From assembly GCA_013265495.1 (NCBI GenBank), contig MU057781.1, positions 1,426,001 through 1,490,000 of the forward strand: a stretch of DNA of 64,000 bases, given 5' to 3'. The position numbers and the translations under genes were made by a program. Origin of the DNA: Vicugna vicugna. Taxonomy: Eukaryota. Below the pieces are notes generated by a model, which saw only the letters and a list, made by a program, of their open reading frames with translations, was not told the DNA's origin and searched no databases. This document shows positions 37,972 through 49,947 of the stretch, one piece after another; positions within the stretch are counted from its first letter, which is position 1; the number at the start of each line of letters is the position of its first letter.

Positions 37972-38490
37972 CTTTTTTTTAACTGATGTATAGTTGATTT
38001 ACATTATATTAGTTTCAGACACACAAACATAGTGACTTGAGATTTTTATAAGTTGTTCTCCACTTGTAGGTACGGCGACACGTGGGCTGTGTCCCCTGTG
38101 CTGAGAGACATGCCCTTGTACACAGTGGCTTGTAGCTCTCGACCCCTCACCCCGGGCACTGCCAGTTTGTTCTCGTACCTGAGTCTGTTTCTCCTCTGTC
38201 ACATCACTAGTTAGTTTCGTCCAAGGCCCACGTGTGAGTGACGCGGTACAGCACTTTCCCTGCCTGACCTCACTCGGCGCGGTGCCCTCCAGTTCCCCCA
38301 CGCTGTGGCCAGGCGCCCTCTTCTCTGGCAGGGGTATGAGGTGCTGGTCATTCAGGAGCCACGCTTGGGCCTGGGGGTCTGCATTCCTGCTTTTCTTCTG
38401 GGTGGAGTGAGCTTTTCTCATTCTGCTACTTGGAATTTAGGCGTCTGCGAGGCGTCATTTGAGCAGTTACCCCCGAACTTTTCATAAACA
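37972..38490 (-). mobile_element. L1 3' end (Laurasiatherian type), antisense
   Basis: Poly-T followed by AACTGATGTATAGTTGATTTACA...AGTTTCAG, the typical reverse complement of an L1 3' UTR/poly-A end. Confidence 0.75.
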
Positions 38491-38764
38491 CTGAACGTGT
38501 TCGGATCTAAGATTAATCAGGATCTATCCCCTCCCCACAAACGGAGGACGAGCTGTGGACACTGAACCTCCACCTGCCGTGTCTGGAGAAGGGTAGGGCC
38601 GCACACTGCCACCTAGTCTGTGCCCCTGCGACGTCCCTGCCGCGGCCCACCCTGAGGCAGCGCTTCCTCTGCTGGGTCTCTGCTCCTGCCTCTCGGAGGC
38701 CCTGCACGGGACCCTCTCCTGCCAGACCAGCATTGTGGAAAGTCCTGTGGCAAGAGTCAGTAGT

Positions 38765-38975
38765 TACAAATGCTTTTCTTTTTTTTCTTTTTGAGTAAAG
38801 GTAGATTTATTCAGAGATACACATTCCGTAGGCAGCAGGCTGTCTGAGAAGGCCAGGGAATGGCCACGAGGTGCGGGGTCGGGTGCTCAGGTTAAAGGAA
38901 AAGCAGACACCTTCTGCAGTCGATGCAGGCGTCTCAGAAGGGAGAGGGCTCAGAAGGGAGAGGGCCACACGTGTT
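38765..38975. mobile_element. ERV1-type LTR fragment
   Basis: GGTAGATTTATTCAGAGATACACATTCC...TCTCAGAAGGGAGAGGGC (internally duplicated) resembles artiodactyl ERV LTR sequence. Family not assignable by eye. Confidence 0.4.
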
Positions 38976-39015
38976 TTCAATTCTGTTTTCCTGAAAAAGC
39001 TTCTATGCTCTGTTC

Positions 39016-39162
39016 TTTTTTTTTTAATTGAAACTTTTTAAATTGAAGTATAGTTGATTTACAATTTTTAAAAAAGTTTATTTTAAACAGAGGCACTGGG
39101 GATTGAACCCAGGACTTCGTGCATGCTAAGCACTCACTGTACCACTGAGCTGTACCCTCTCC
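39016..39162 (-). mobile_element. tRNA-Ala-derived SINE (Vic-1-like, camelid)
   Basis: Reverse complement reads GGAGAGGGTACAGCTCAGTGGTACAGTGAGTGCTTAGCATGCACGAAGTCCTGGGTTCAATCCCCAGTGCCTC followed by an A-rich tail; A and B boxes present. Confidence 0.85.
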
Positions 39163-39164
39163 TC

Positions 39165-39990
39165 TGTGCTCTTGTTCTTGAAAGACATTTTGCTGGGAAT
39201 GCAGTTTGGGTTGGTAGCTTTTCTGAGCGTGCTGAACGCTCTGTTCCACTACCTTCTGGCTTTGTTGTTGCTGCCGAGAACCTGGTTGTCAGTCTGAGGT
39301 CTGTCTTTCAGAAGGTCCCTTGTCTCCACTTTGTCTTGATGGTCCCACTGAGATGAGCCAGGTGAAGGTGTCCACCCCACCGCTTGAACCTGTGGTTTTA
39401 TCTCTTCAAACATTGCCTCTCCCCCACTATGCCCCTCCTCCTTCTAAAAACCCAGCTGTGGGGGTGTTAGCCTCTCGCTCTGTCCTTTGTGTTTCTCACT
39501 AGCCCTTTCGTGTCTTCCGTTCCTTGTCTGTCTTTGCTTCATTCTGGTGATTTCCCCAGACCCACTTTTCAGATCACTAATTCTTTTATTAGCCGTATCA
39601 AAGGTGCTGTTAAACTCATTCAGTTTTTAATTTCAGTATCAGTGATTTTCAGTTCTTTAAGTTCTATGTCATTTTTGTAATTTTCTGGATTTTTATAGCT
39701 TTTTAAAATCACATTTTCAACTCATCTTTTTATTTTTTAAACATATTAAACATACTACATATTCTCTGATTGGTAATATCAGGATCCAAAGACTGTGCGT
39801 CTGATTCTTCTGTCCTTTTCCTGCTGACTCACTCAGAGTGCCTTGTCTCCTGGTGAAGTTTGTGATCTGGGGCTATGAGTTTATATTTCTTGGAACTTTA
39901 CCTCTGGAATTTCTCTGACACATCTTGGTTCTTCCTGAAAAAATTAGTATTTGCTTCTGCCATGTGACTGGGGGCTACGGTCTAGAACCA
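39165..39990 (-). mobile_element. Old L1 (ORF1 region) fragment, antisense
   Basis: TTGAAAGACATTTTGCTGGG...CCACTACCTTCTGGCTT...TTAAACTCATTCAGTTTTTAATTTCAGTATC, typical antisense L1M ORF1 pattern. Confidence 0.7.
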
Positions 39991-40079
39991 CTGTACCTGT
40001 AAGCGATCAGATGTGAGTTTTCACTTCCAGTTCACGTCCACAGTGCCCTGTGTTGCCTTCACACAGCCTTAGCCAAAGC

Positions 40080-40480
40080 AGAACACCTGAGTGATAGAAA
40101 CAGACCCCTCATTTCACTTACAGCAGAAGAAATTGAAGTAAAAATTCAGAGAGACCCCTTCTTACACACGAAGTTGACAAGCCCAAAGGTCTGACGGCTC
40201 ACCCTGCTGTGTGTGGTGGGGCCACGTCTCCCACTGTCACGTGTTGTCAGCAGGGCTGCTGAGCACTGCAGCCCCTAGGAGGGGGTTCACCAGTACCTGA
40301 CAAGATTCCTTCAGCATTTACCCTTCGACCCAGCAATCCTCCTTGTAGGGATATATCCTGAACACACACTGGCAAAAGTTCCAAAGATCTACTCAAAGGC
40401 AATTTATTCAGTAAAAATTTTAATAGCTAAATACTAAAAGAAAATGTCCCAAGTCCCAAATAACCCAAGTAGTGTTGAGA
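40080..40480 (+). mobile_element. Old L1 ORF2 3' fragment
   Basis: TTACCCTTCGACCCAGCAATCCTCCTTGTAGGGATATATCC corresponds to the L1 ORF2 LPYDPAIPLLGIYP motif. Confidence 0.7.
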
Positions 40481-42737
40481 ACTGAAATTTTTAGGTTTGG
40501 GAAAAGAATATAGATAGACTTAAGATCAGTGAAGTTAATAAAAACCCCATAGTCCTGAATTTGAATTAGAAGTATTGCTGTAAACCCGTAATATACACAC
40601 ACCATGTTTATTAAGTCAACAGCTTTACTGAAAGTCCAGATTCGTTTTTTTAAATCAACTTAAGTTGGGTCCTGCCGGCCAGGGTGGGGCAGCTTGAGCA
40701 TCACTGAGAGCAGTGGCTACAGTGGGACGAAGCGCATCAGTCATTCAAATCCACGAACTCGTAACGACTCTCTAAAGACAGGAGCCTCCCTGTCTACCTT
40801 TGGGGAACTGACATCCTTTTGAAAACTGGTGAGTCAAGGAAGAATCGAGGCTTTCCCTGCTTTTCCTGCAAGAACTACACCTGAAGAGAATGGGTTTATC
40901 TTGAGAAATGGTCCTGAGGAGGAGGAGTCGGGGGCAGGGAGGGGAAACAAGGAAAGGGGAAGAGTCCACCCAAGAGGACGCTATCCGAGGGGTCCCCCCC
41001 GGGGCAGCTGAGGCTCCGTCCCATTGGAGACCTGTGTGGAGCCTTGGAGGATGTCCTCAGAAGTGTCCACCCAAGATTCAGAGAGGAGAGTGGCCCCACA
41101 GGCACCAGCTCCCTCTTGCTTCCAGGCCTGTGGTGTGAAGGGTCAGCGTGGCCAGAGGAACCGCGGGGTGGGACGTGAGAGCCTCAGAGGGGGTGCTGGT
41201 GGGAGGCACTGCCAGGCGGCCCCAGGGCATCTCGTGAGGAGCCGCTGCTTGGTTCACAGGTGCACTGAGAGGTGTGAGGTAGGCACCGAGGTGCCAGGGC
41301 CCTGGCCAAGCTTCCAGGTGGAGAACAGGTTCAGTGACACCCAGGGGAGCAGGCAGCGAAGCCCAGACTGGACAGCTGGGATGCCTGGTCTCCCCAGTAG
41401 AGAGCAGGGGAGGGGAGCCCCCAGGCTCAGGTCCCTAGGGTGGACCTCAGCCAGCTGCAGTGTGTGGACGCTCCTGGGGCCCAGATTCAAGTGAACACAC
41501 ACAAAAATTAACCAAACCAAACCAAGACCACATGAGGATTGACTTCCATGGTGGCATGAGGCACTCCACCACCCATTCCCAATGAAACTGGTGGATATTA
41601 GTGAAAGCTATAAAAACAAACAAAAAAGATGACCACATGTGAAGCCTCTGGGAGTGGTCCTAAGGGCAAACAGCAAATAGAGACTCATCCAAGAAAACCT
41701 ATAAAAATTCAGTAAGAAAAGAGAGAGTGTGGTATCTGTCCCAAGACCACTCCCCCAACCCCCAGCTCCAGGGAGGCAGAGATTCGGCTCAAGAGGCTGC
41801 AGCCAACAACACAAGGCATCCTGCCCCCAGGCTCCAAGTGGAAGGGCTTCTTTTCCTGAGAGCCGGACTTCCAGTACTTCTCACCCTGCCCAGTGCCTGT
41901 TGCTGGCGCGAAGTGTAGGGTGAGGCTAAGTGCAGGGTGAGGCTGGTTGGGAGCAGGGGCTCCCCCCTGCCCAGCCCCATTCATGGACTGGAGGCTCTCC
42001 TTTGGATGAGGCATTACTGAGGATGCTGGGGCCCTGGTCACCCTTGCCCTGGCGTGTGAGGCAGTGGTAATACACCAGGAGAGGCAGCTGAGAGGCCATC
42101 ATGATGCCCTGTCCCACTGAGCTAGAGCACGGCTCTCACTCGGAGAGAACTTTGCCTTTGTCCTCACCCTCAGCTCCAGAGCTGAAGCCCAGAGATTTTG
42201 CCTGGGTTGGGGGGCTGGGGGGGAGCAAGTCAAAAGCAGATTGAAAAAGACATGAAACACTGACTCAGAAAAGATTATTTAGGGGAACCAGACCTTGATT
42301 GGATTAATCTGTAGAGGAATTTATGCCCAGGGGATTGTTGGAAGCAATTGTTGGAAGGTGGCAATTAGCGGAGTGTGATGACTGGGTGTGGTCAGGGAAG
42401 GGAGGAAGAGAGTCTTCGGAAAGCACTGTGGTCCCAGATGACTGGATGCACCAGGAGCTGCATCTCCAGTAGGACAATGTGGGGGTGGGGAATAGTCCTC
42501 ATTAAAATAATCCAGCCAGTCACTAAAAATACACAAGCAAATAACAATCATAAGCCCCAGAGGAGGGGAACCAGCACCCAGAGTTGCTACAACATATTAT
42601 CTGTAATATGCAATTTCCAACTAAAACTTACGAGGCAGCAAAGAAACAGGAATGTAAAACTCATACACCTGAGAAAGCAAGCAACAGAAACTTCCTATGA
42701 ACATTATAGGGTGTTAAATTTATCAGAAAAGACTTCA

Positions 42738-42888
42738 GAGAGGGTACAGCTCAGTGGTAGAGCGCATGCTTAGTGCTCAATTCCCCATACCTCCATTAAA
42801 AATAAAAAATAACCTCATTACCTCCTCCACAAAAAAATACATAAATAAAATAAAGCACACCCTCTCTTTAAAAAAAAAAAAGACTTCA
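42738..42888 (+). mobile_element. tRNA-Ala-derived SINE (Vic-1-like) nested in L1, with target-site duplication
   Basis: GAGAGGGTACAGCTCAGTGGTAGAGCGCATGCTTAG (internally deleted) plus A-rich tail; TSD AAAAGACTTCA at 42727-42737 and 42878-42888. Confidence 0.88.
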
Positions 42889-44374
42889 CAGTAGCCATTA
42901 TAAACATGTTATAAACATGCTCACAGAACTAAAGGAAATTATGATGAAGAATTAAAGGAAGAGTTGATGACAATGTCTCATCGAACAGAGACTATCAATA
43001 AAGAGACAGAAATTCTAAAGTTCAAAAGTACAAAAACTGAAAAAAATTTAAAAAACTCACTCTAGAGGGATTCAACAGTAGAACTGAACCAGCAGAAGAA
43101 AGAGTAAGTGAACCGGAAGATGGATAGATTGAGACTATGTGTGCTGAAGAACAATGAGGAAAAGCGAAGAAACATGAGAAGAGCCTCGGTGAAATTTGAG
43201 ACACCATTAAGAACACCAACATACATGTAATGCGAGTACCAGGGGGAGAAGAGGAAGAAAAGAGCAAAAAAGTGTGAAGACGTAATGGCCAAAACCTTCC
43301 CAAATTTATTTAAAAACATCCTATACGTCGAAGAATCTCAGTGAACTCCAAGCAGGATGTACGCATGGGGAGTCCAGATGCATCATGATAAAATGCTGAG
43401 AGTCAAAGGCAAGGAAAAACAATCTCAGAGGCAACAAGACCAGAAAGATTCATTACTTGCAAGGGAGCCCTAGGAAAAGTGACAGCTGAGCTCCCATCAA
43501 AATAATGGAAGCATTAGGATAACAGATTCCAAGTACCCAGCTGAAAAGCTGCCGAGAGTCCTACACTCAGCAATGAGAATGACAGTGGGGACACTGCCAC
43601 CCACCAGACAGGAATTTTAAACACTGTGAAGGAGTATTATGAGCAACTGTATGCCACCAAATCAGATAACTTAGATGAAATGCGCACATTCTGAGAAAGA
43701 TTCAGACTATTGAAACTGATTCCAGACAGAACAGACCACCTGAATAGACCTATAACAGGTGAAAGATTAAATTAATTTTTTAAAAAGATACCCGTAAAGG
43801 AAAGCTCAGGACCAGACAGTTTCACCAGTTCTACTGAATAGTTCAAGAAGAATTAACACCAATTTTTCAAAAACTTCCTAAAACATAAGAGGAGGAAACA
43901 CTTCCCAACTCCTTTTATAAGTCTAGTGTTACTGTGTGACCAAAACCAGACAAAGACATCATAAGAAAAGCATAGTCCAGTATCTCTTGTGAATATGGAT
44001 GCAAAAATCCTCAATAAACATTAGCAACCCAAAACATCCAGCAACATATAAAGAGAATTTTACACCATGAACAAGTGGGACTTTTCCCAGGAATGCTAGG
44101 TTGGTTTAACATCAGAAAATCAGTTAGTGTAATACATCATAATAATAAAATAAAAAACAAAACCACATAATCTTCTCAATCAATGTAGAAAAATTATTTG
44201 ACAAAATCCAATGCCCTTTCATGATTTAAAAAAAAAAAAACAACAACACTTAACACACTCAGGATAGGAGGAAACTTCCCTGCTCTGATAATGGCACCTA
44301 TGAAAGTCCCACAGCTCACATCACACTTCATGGTAAAAGACTGGACGCTTTCAGGAACAAGACAAAGATACCTG

Positions 44375-44520
44375 NNNNNNNNNNNNNNNNNNNNNNNNNN
44401 NNNNNNNNNNNNNNNNNNNNNNNNNNNNNNNNNNNNNNNNNNNNNNNNNNNNNNNNNNNNNNNNNNNNNNNNNNNNNNNNNNNNNNNNNNNNNNNNNNNN
44501 NNNNNNNNNNNNNNNNNNNN
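44375..44520. other. Assembly gap (146 N) inside L1
   Basis: Run of n. Confidence 1.
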
Positions 44521-45789
44521 CATGATCTCGTATGCAGAAAACCCTAAGGGGCGCACAGAAAAATGATCACAGCTAATAAGTGAGCACATCAAGGTTGCAG
44601 GATGTGACATCAATGTACAAAATCAATTATCTTTCTATACATTTCAAATGAGCAATCCAACATTGGACTTAAGAAAACAATTCCAACTGCAATAAGCATC
44701 AAAAAGAATAAAACACTTAAGAACAAATTTAATAAGAAAAGTGCAAAACTTAATACCCTAAAAGCCAGAGTATTGTTCAAAGAAATTAAAGATCTAAGTA
44801 ACTGGAAAAACATCTCCTGCTCATGATTGGAAGACTTCACACTGTTAAATGGCAACATTTCCTAAAACATACCCTAATGTCCAGACTCAGCACAGTCTCC
44901 ACAAGGATGCCAGTGGACTTCTCTGCAGAAACTGACAAGCTGACTCAAAATTCATACAGAATTGCAAGCGACCCCGAATGGCCAAACATTCTTGAAAAGA
45001 AGAACAAAATAGGAAGGTTTCAGAACTTACCACGAAGTAACAGTAATCAAGGCACTGTGGTGCCAGCAGCAGGACAAACTCACAGATCAATGAAATGGAG
45101 CTGAGGGTCCAGAAGTAAACCCTCACGCCAATGGTCAAGTGATATTTGACAGCATGTGAAGTCCATTCAGTGGGGAAAAGACAGTCTTGTCAACAAATGG
45201 GCTGGGACAACTGGATATTCACATGCAAAAGAATCAAGATGGCTACTCACCTCACTTAAATATTCAAAAATTAACTCAAAATGGCTCAAAGACCTAAATG
45301 TAAGAGAGAAAACTATAAAACACTTAGAAAAAAATAGAGTGAATCTTCACAATCTTGGATTTGGTAAGGATTCTCAGACATGACACCAAAAGCATGAGCA
45401 ATCAGATTAAAAATAGATAAATGGGGCTTCATCAAAAGTAAAACATTTTGTGCTTCGAAGGACAGCATCAAGAGAGTGAAAAGACAGCTCACATAACGGA
45501 AAAAAGTACTTGCAAACCCTATGTCTGGTAAGGACTTAATGTCCTAAATGTGTAAAGAATCCCTGCAACTCAAAGACAACCCAACTGAAAAATGGGCAAA
45601 GGGCTTAAGCAGATGTTTCTCTGAAGAAGACATACAAGTGGCCAATGAACACATAAGATTGTCAATACCATTAGTCGCCAGGGAAACACAAATTAAAACC
45701 TGAGACATCACACCCACTAGACTGGCTGGAATAGAAATTTCAGGTACTGACAAGTGTTGGAAAGGATATCAAGAAATCTGACTGTTCAC

Positions 45790-46310
45790 TATAACTTACC
45801 ACATTAACAGACTGAAGGGGGATGTCAGTTGATTATCTCAATATACGCAGAAAAAGCATCTGCTAAAGTACAACATTCACTGATGATAAAACTTCCTATT
45901 AACTAGTCGCAGAAGGGAACCTTAGTCACCTGGAAAAGGTATTTTGAAAAACTGACCGCATATCCCATGCTTATGGTGAAATATCAAAAATATTTCCTTT
46001 AAAAAGTGAGACTAGAAGGGAGGGTGCAGCTCAGCTGTGGAGTGCGTGCTTGGCATGCACAAGGTCCTGGGTTCAACCCCCAGCACCACTAAAGATAAAT
46101 AAATAAGTATAGACCTAATGGCCTCCCCAAAATTTTTCTTAAAAAATTTAAAGCAAGAATAAGACAAAGATGCCCCTTCTGGCAACTTCTGTCCACACCC
46201 ACACTGCTGGCCCTAGACAGCCCTGTAAGACAGGAAAAAGAGGTAAGAAGTGTGTAGCACTGTGTTCAGTTCCAACTCCGTTTAACAGAAAACCCAAATA
46301 ATTGAGTAAA
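45790..46310 (+). mobile_element. Second, independent L1 ORF2 RT fragment interrupted by a SINE
   Basis: TTACCACATTAACAGACTGAAG...ATCTCAATATACGCAGAAAAAGCATCTGCTAAAGTACAACATTCACTGATGATAAAA repeats the HINR...IISIDAEKAFDKIQHP region already present at about 44140-44230. Confidence 0.75.
46017..46155 (+). mobile_element. tRNA-Ala-derived SINE (Vic-1-like)
   Basis: GGGAGGGTGCAGCTCAGCTGTGGAGTGCGTGCTTGGCATGCACAAGGTCCTGGGTTCAACCCCCAGCACCAC followed by AAATAAATAAG...CCTAATGGCCTCCCC tail. Confidence 0.85.
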
Positions 46311-49300
46311 CAGGGTAAGAATGCAATCCTCTCTGGTCCCTGAGGCCTCCCCAGCCTCCTGCAGGGTCCAAGGGCCCTGCTCTGGGCCTCTGGGTGCAGC
46401 CGTCACCACCCCAAGTTGTGAAAGCAGGGGCTCACTGAGGGTCCGGGGCGAGTACATGGCTCCTCATTCTACACACTTTCAAAGTAAACCTGGAAAAACC
46501 CTTGAATGTTTAGAGGAACAGTGCAGCCATTTGGTGAGGGTTTTGAAAACACACGCATCGTATCTACGGAGACAGTTACTGCCTCGGAAATTTAGCGTCT
46601 TATCCCCCTGGCCTCACCAGTTATTTGCTCTATGGTTATTTTTCTCAGTGGTGTAACAGATGGAAATGCAGCCTAGCGTGTAGAATATCAGGGATGGCAA
46701 AGACTGCGTGTACTTAGGTGACGAGAGCACTTTGTTAAAGGCCAAAATGCAAGTGCCATCTGGACAGCATGACGCAGTGCCCTGCCAGGGAAGCACCACG
46801 GGGCAGTCGTTCCGGAGCACTTCCCGAGGGCAGGCGCAGATTTGACGGCCGGGCCCCTGGCTGTGTCCAGGAGGCGTGGCACCTCGGGCCCGGCATAAAC
46901 GGCACTATTCTTTACAGCCAGTCACTGCCTTTTCAGTCTACTGTCTAAACAGTGTTTTCTTGTTATGGAACATTTTATATGCACGGAAGCAGGGGTAAAA
47001 TCGCATGTCCCCATGGGGGCGGCAGGTGCCACAGGCTCACTGCCCAGCTTACAAAGCACCCAGTTCCCACGAGGAGGCCTCTGGCCTCCCAACAGCTGCT
47101 TCTGCGTGATTGCAGATCGAGGCTGCAGGGGTCCCTCTCCCAGAAATCCTGCGACAGGACTGATCCCCTCACCAGCTGGTCCACAGGCACAGGACCTGTG
47201 GCCTGGGGTGCATCCCGGGGACAGCACCCTCAAACACAGAGTAGGCAAGGCTGGTTTAGGGGCCAGCAGGGGCCCTGAGAGCTGACCGTGTGCTGGAAGA
47301 GACCTGAGGGCCCAGGCTGATCCCCATCCAGGAGCCAGAGGGAATCCTGACCCTGCCACCCTTGCTGAGGTGACACTGATGTAGGAGCCTCAGGGTGGCT
47401 TCCCTGACACCCAGGCTTGCTGGGTGGGTCACTGTCTGGGGTCTTCCATGGTCCCCCTTTCCCCACTTCAGCCCTACCAGGGGTCACCCACCATCCACAC
47501 CTTTGTACACCTCGACCCACTCCCTGTTCCCAGGCCACGTGGCCCCTGCATCTCCAAGGAGGCTCAGTCTGCCCTGAACTGCTCTCCTGGCCCCGTCTCC
47601 CAAGGGCACAGCTGCCATCTCCAAGTCCACCAGCAGCGGCCAGGCATGAAGCAGGTGACAGGCAAAAATGGGGGCCAGGACTCTGGAGTTTGGACCCTTT
47701 CGTGCAGGGTCACGATGGAAGAACCCTCCACGTTGGCTCTGGCCAGCTCAGGGCAGTGTCGAGGCCTTGAAGACACAGTGGCTGAAGGAGATGGCCAGGG
47801 GTTCCCCGCGGCCCCAGGCCCTGGCCCAGGGTGAATGGGGGCTCCAGGTGTCCATGAGAAGGTGGACAGGTGCTAGAAGTCCCACGACTCTCCCGCCCTG
47901 GGCAGGAGTCTGCTCTGGAAATGGGGAAAAGTCTTGGTCTTGACAGATGTGCTTCGGCCTTGCTAGACAGGTGCCCCTGGCTGGTGAGCTCTCAGGGCTC
48001 TGGCCCCAGAGAGCCTCGCTCATCCTCTAGCGGTCTGGGCACCCAGCCCCGAGGCAGACAAAGGGTGGTGGACCACGTCAGTGGGGACCTGGGCAGGGAG
48101 CCTCCCAGGATGGCTGTCTTGGTCAGGACTGGTTATGGAGAGACGTACAGCAAATTGAGGCAGCCAGTTCCTCGCCAGCTCCAGGCTGCCCAGCGCTCCA
48201 GGCTGTGGAGAACAGGAGCATTGAAGGGCCTTAAAAAGCAACAGAAGTGCTTTGCAGGTGCCTGGGAAGACACAGAATGTGGGAGGTCGTTTCCAGGCCC
48301 GCTTGGCCCCTAGGCCAGCTCCCTTCTCTGGAGCATTTACAGACCTCAGACGGGACTGTCCCCTTGAAAACTGAGACTGGAGTCGGGTTCTGAGTTTGAA
48401 CAGCAGGGGTTCCGGTCTCGGGGGTACACACCTGAGGAGGGAGGGATAGCCCCTGGCTTCCTCCCCACTCCCATCACCAGGCCTGCACTCTCAGCAGCCG
48501 CACTTCAAGAACTGGGTTAGTTTCCCTTTAAAATTTGCCGTGAATTTTTCCCGGGAAAACCTAGGGAGAATGGTCTTCAACAGGCAAGTTAATGCAGTTT
48601 TATCCTTACTCCCAGGGGCGTAACTGTGAAGCTGCACCTCTGCTGCCTGCTGAGTAAAAGTCCTTCCCCTTCTGGGGGTGGGGAGGACCCCAGCCCCACC
48701 ACTGACCTGCGGGTCATTACAGGCAGAGAAGAGCCTGAAGTTACGCTCTCCTGTGGTCATAGCACATCCCCATGCCCACTTGGCCAGCACGATCCGCAGC
48801 GCCTGCAGGTGAGGGCAGGGGAGGGGTTGCCCACAGCACCCTCAGGCCCAAGCTAGTGACTGCAGCTGGAGCGAACACTGAGATCGCCTCCTGTGTGTCT
48901 TCCTCCTGCCACCAGGGACCTCCAACAGTCCCAGCCCTGAGTGGGGCAGGGGCAGGGGGGCAGTCCCTGGGAGAGGATTGGACCAACGTCTTCATACTTG
49001 GTACTTGGGTGCCCAATTCCTAAATTAACTCAGCACACTGTCAAGAGGCAGCAGCAGGATGACCAGCAGGTCCCTGGCCATCGGCCATCCTTTGGACAAA
49101 CCTGACTCCTGGTGATGCCATCCTGCAGGGTGCATGGTGATTCCATATCTTCCCGTCAGACACCAGCCAACCCGTTGTCTCGCTCCAACCTGGTCCCCAC
49201 GGAAGCTCTCCACGGAGTCCTCAGCTCTGAGGCCACCAGGCCACGCGTGGATGCCCTGCACACACACATTCACGCTCTCACAGAGACAGCATTTCACCTG

Positions 49301-49569
49301 AGGCGCTCAGGTGTTCTCTAGTAAAAAACAAATGAGAAATTTCTCTGAAATAAGCATGAATGTTTCCGTTGTCACTGGTGACAAACCTAGTTAGTGAAAG
49401 TAATTAGTTTCATTTCTGCAGTCTCTGCACCGAACTGTTACTTCATTTTTTTGTTCGGATCAGTTTCTTCTCACCGCAGCCAGAAACAGTCTATTGAGTT
49501 CTTCTGAGCCATGTGGTTACAGGAGGAAAGGGCATCGGAGTCAGGTCCACAGAGTAAACCTCAAAATAC

Positions 49570-49575
49570 TTTATT
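49570..49575 (-). terminator. MSX3 polyadenylation signal AATAAA
   Basis: TTTATT on the plus strand about 380 nt downstream of the MSX3 stop. Confidence 0.6.
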
Positions 49576-49947
49576 GGCTGCTTTGTACAAATTGGGAAGC
49601 TCTATTTTGGTCCATTTCAAGGACATGCCACCATCTTTTAGGAAAGTTGGGATGGAACATGGGGTTTTTAAAAAAGTTTTTAAATATCTGTAAGACACCC
49701 ACAAGTAGGCTTGCGGCATCAATTATAACACTGTATTAACAAAAACAAAACCCTGAAAAACAAGACAAAAGGAACACATAGACGCCCACGGCCCACTAGG
49801 AGCAGCAGTGCCTGCCCAGGGCGCGAAAGCTGCCTGGGGTGCTGCCGGCGGGTGGGGACCAGTGTCCGGCCCTGGGACCAGCTGGCCTGGGTGGTGCAAA
49901 ACAACACCCCCAGCTCGAGCCCTCTCTCCCCAGCGGACCCCCAGGCC

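Larger units (their letters stand above)
41540..45780 (+). mobile_element. Long decayed L1 (5' UTR, ORF1, ORF2 RT region) with an internal deletion, a nested SINE and an N gap
   Basis: 5' UTR-like start near 41540. ORF1 remnants at about 42980-43570 (AAAAACTCACTCTAGAGGGATTCAACAGTAGAACTGAACCAGCAGAAGAAAGAG). ORF2 from about 43572, including the KSPGPDGFT-like AAAGCTCAGGACCAGACAGTTTCACC (43801) and the IDAEKAFDKIQHPFMIK-like region (44180-44230). Many stops and frameshifts. Confidence 0.88.

Noticed and set aside
39016-46155. Three tRNA-Ala-like sequences as tRNA genes
   Set aside because: Degenerate or internally deleted cloverleafs with A-rich tails and a TSD; these are SINEs.
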